From: Balamuthia mandrillaris
Taxonomy: Eukaryota
Assembly: GCA_031835245.2 (NCBI GenBank)
Contig: JAVKOQ020000076.1
Coordinates: 62,001 to 126,000, forward strand
Direction of reading: 5' to 3'
Length of the DNA stretch: 64,000 nucleotides
In this document: positions 62,275 to 64,000 of the stretch, piece by piece
Numbering within the stretch: the stretch's first letter is position 1
Layout: each line of letters opens with the position of its first letter
The notes under the pieces: generated by a model
Told to the model about the DNA's origin: nothing
Database searches by the model: none
What the model saw: only the letters and a program-made list of their open reading frames with translations
Translations under genes and position numbers: made by a program

Positions 62275-64000
62275 ATGAGGCTAACGACCCACTTGTCACG
62301 GGTGTTTGTGGCAAGTTTGGTGCTCCTTTTCTTCTACTCTTGCATCTTTTCCTTCTTTATGATGCATAAGAGCAGCGAACCAGACGACTGGCAACTGGGG
62401 CACCTGTTCCATCGCGGCAAAGGACGAGTTCCCTTGCTTACTGCCTCAAGTTTGCCGTCCACCATCCAACAACCTCTTCTGCCCCCTTCTTCTCCTTTCT
62501 CCCTTTTGTCTACTCCTTCAATTCAATCCTCGTTTCTCACTCTACGGGACTCTGACGCGGAGATGCAAGTCTATCCTTTTGGAGCGACGCGTGAAGACCG
62601 TGTCTCCGTGATTGTTCTGTGGAGAGAGTCCATCACACTCACCCCAGAGACACTGGAAAACGTTCTCCAAGGATGTCCTTCCAGTACGGAGGTAGTTTAT
62701 ATCCACTTGGATCTCGTCTTCTGGCGGCCGGTGCTTCAACAGGCGGAAGAGCTTCAGCTGCGCTATCCCAACTTGAAGATCATGACGCTGTCCCGTTGGG
62801 AGGACCGACAGACCACCTACCGCAAGGGCCTTGAGCGCGTGAACTCTCGGTGGGTGCTCTTCCACGACAACAACAACCTCAACACGGAGAAGAACATGTT
62901 GGACAGGCTAGTGCGAGCCTTCAAGACCACCTCCCCTCCGCCCGTCATCCTAGCCCCTCTCGTCGGTGCTGTTGCAGAGATAGGACAAAAACAGGTTCTG
63001 GACCATCATGCCGTGATGAAGGTTTCCCTTGTGGACTCGACCCTCCTGGGACGTTCGGCTGATGTGGACGACAGGCCGCTATTCCACTGGGGCGGATGGG
63101 AAGGGATCCCGCTGGCCAACTCGGCGGGGCTGAAGGTGCTTTCTGGCCCAATGATAGAGCTGCACTCCTACATGATCGATGCTGGACGGCTTGACGAGGG
63201 CTACCAGGCATTCAACCCGGACTGTGCCTTTGCCGCCTACCACGCCTGCGTGGGCTTGGCCATGTACAAGCAGTTTGGGGAGGGAGCTTCGGCGGTCTTG
63301 GCCAACGCTTCCTTTGATTACGTCTATCCCGTGGCGCACCTTCAGCTGATGGACATCCCTTTGACCACCGGCCGGTGGAACCCATGGGACTGCCTTCGTT
63401 CCATCAGCTACCTGGAGTACGCCTACAATGTTGTCTACTTTCATCAGTGCGGATGGGATTGGCATATCAGAATGGCGTTTTACAAGGCTGAATTCGTCGG
63501 CACACCAGAAGAGCCTCTGTCCAAGGATCCTGTGCTGATAACGGCGCTTCTTCACTCTATGTACGTCTTGAACCATCTTACTCATGCGCTTGTCCTACGG
63601 CCAGCTGTGCCTCATCTGAGTAATGAACAAGAAGCGCTGAATGCTCTTTACTCACGTGGAGAAGAGGCGGGATGGATGCCTCCTCGCGACTTTCTCTTCT
63701 GGCTCTCAACCAATGCTGACCTCCTCCAACAGTTTGGCGAAGAAGACGACGAGGACACCGCAATTCTTCATCTTGCTGCATTGATGGAGCAACGGTCTAT
63801 TCCTCCTTTCTCTCAGACCACGACCAACGAGAACGACGATGTTGAGGATACTCGCGCTTGGCTCCGAGAGAGCATCCCCTTCATCTCTCGCCAGGAAGAG
63901 ATCCCCAAAGAGAAGTGGCTCTTCGAGACGGCCAAACACGACAACATCCACTGGTGCCTGCAGACGTATGGCTTCTTGTGGGTGCAGGCCGACCTCTCCC
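62275..64000 (+). CDS. Type II membrane GT-A/GT2-like glycosyltransferase; runs off the window end and is absent from the ORF track
   Basis: Manual translation shows no stop from ATG 62275 to 64000. TM anchor VFVASLVLLFFYSCIFSFF, VSVIVLWRE, VVYIH, GLERVNSRWVLFHDNN, MLDRLV, ILAP, IELHSYMI. Confidence 0.75.
   Translation, partial: MRLTTHLSRVFVASLVLLFFYSCIFSFFMMHKSSEPDDWQLGHLFHRGKGRVPLLTASSLPSTIQQPLLPPSSPFSLLSTPSIQSSFLTLRDSDAEMQVYPFGATREDRVSVIVLWRESITLTPETLENVLQGCPSSTEVVYIHLDLVFWRPVLQQAEELQLRYPNLKIMTLSRWEDRQTTYRKGLERVNSRWVLFHDNNNLNTEKNMLDRLVRAFKTTSPPPVILAPLVGAVAEIGQKQVLDHHAVMKVSLVDSTLLGRSADVDDRPLFHWGGWEGIPLANSAGLKVLSGPMIELHSYMIDAGRLDEGYQAFNPDCAFAAYHACVGLAMYKQFGEGASAVLANASFDYVYPVAHLQLMDIPLTTGRWNPWDCLRSISYLEYAYNVVYFHQCGWDWHIRMAFYKAEFVGTPEEPLSKDPVLITALLHSMYVLNHLTHALVLRPAVPHLSNEQEALNALYSRGEEAGWMPPRDFLFWLSTNADLLQQFGEEDDEDTAILHLAALMEQRSIPPFSQTTTNENDDVEDTRAWLRESIPFISRQEEIPKEKWLFETAKHDNIHWCLQTYGFLWVQADLS

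Overview
Gene-dense eukaryotic genomic DNA with short GT-AG introns, CTAAC/CTGAC-type branch points and many (GA)n, (TTTC)n and (GAA/TCT)n microsatellites. The style suggests a free-living amoebozoan such as Balamuthia or Acanthamoeba, which is inference only. About 28 protein-coding loci are supported. Housekeeping genes include RMI1, ATG18/WIPI, a Sar1-family GTPase, CAF-1 large subunit, AOX, cyclophilin B, an HSDL2-like SDR, RPB9, a REX-type exonuclease, a P450, an RlmD/TrmA methyltransferase and a NuSAP-like protein. The most notable items are: (1) a tandem pair of intronless genes encoding a Cys8 finger plus a giant-virus-type HNH-like domain, separated by a long hairpin; (2) a tandem pair of Sel1-repeat proteins with BC/SOCS-box-like tails, plus a decayed third copy; (3) an FBXO4-like F-box protein that keeps a near-canonical Arf segment; (4) a four-unit ~63-bp array of variable segment, B-box-like motif and oligo-T; (5) a tRNA-derived SINE inside an intron; (6) a 7TM-kinase fusion; (7) several bacterial-like genes, including a GT-A glycosyltransferase missing from the ORF track; and (8) several disrupted genes. 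All family calls come from motif recognition by eye; no searches were run. CDS coordinates are gene spans including introns.
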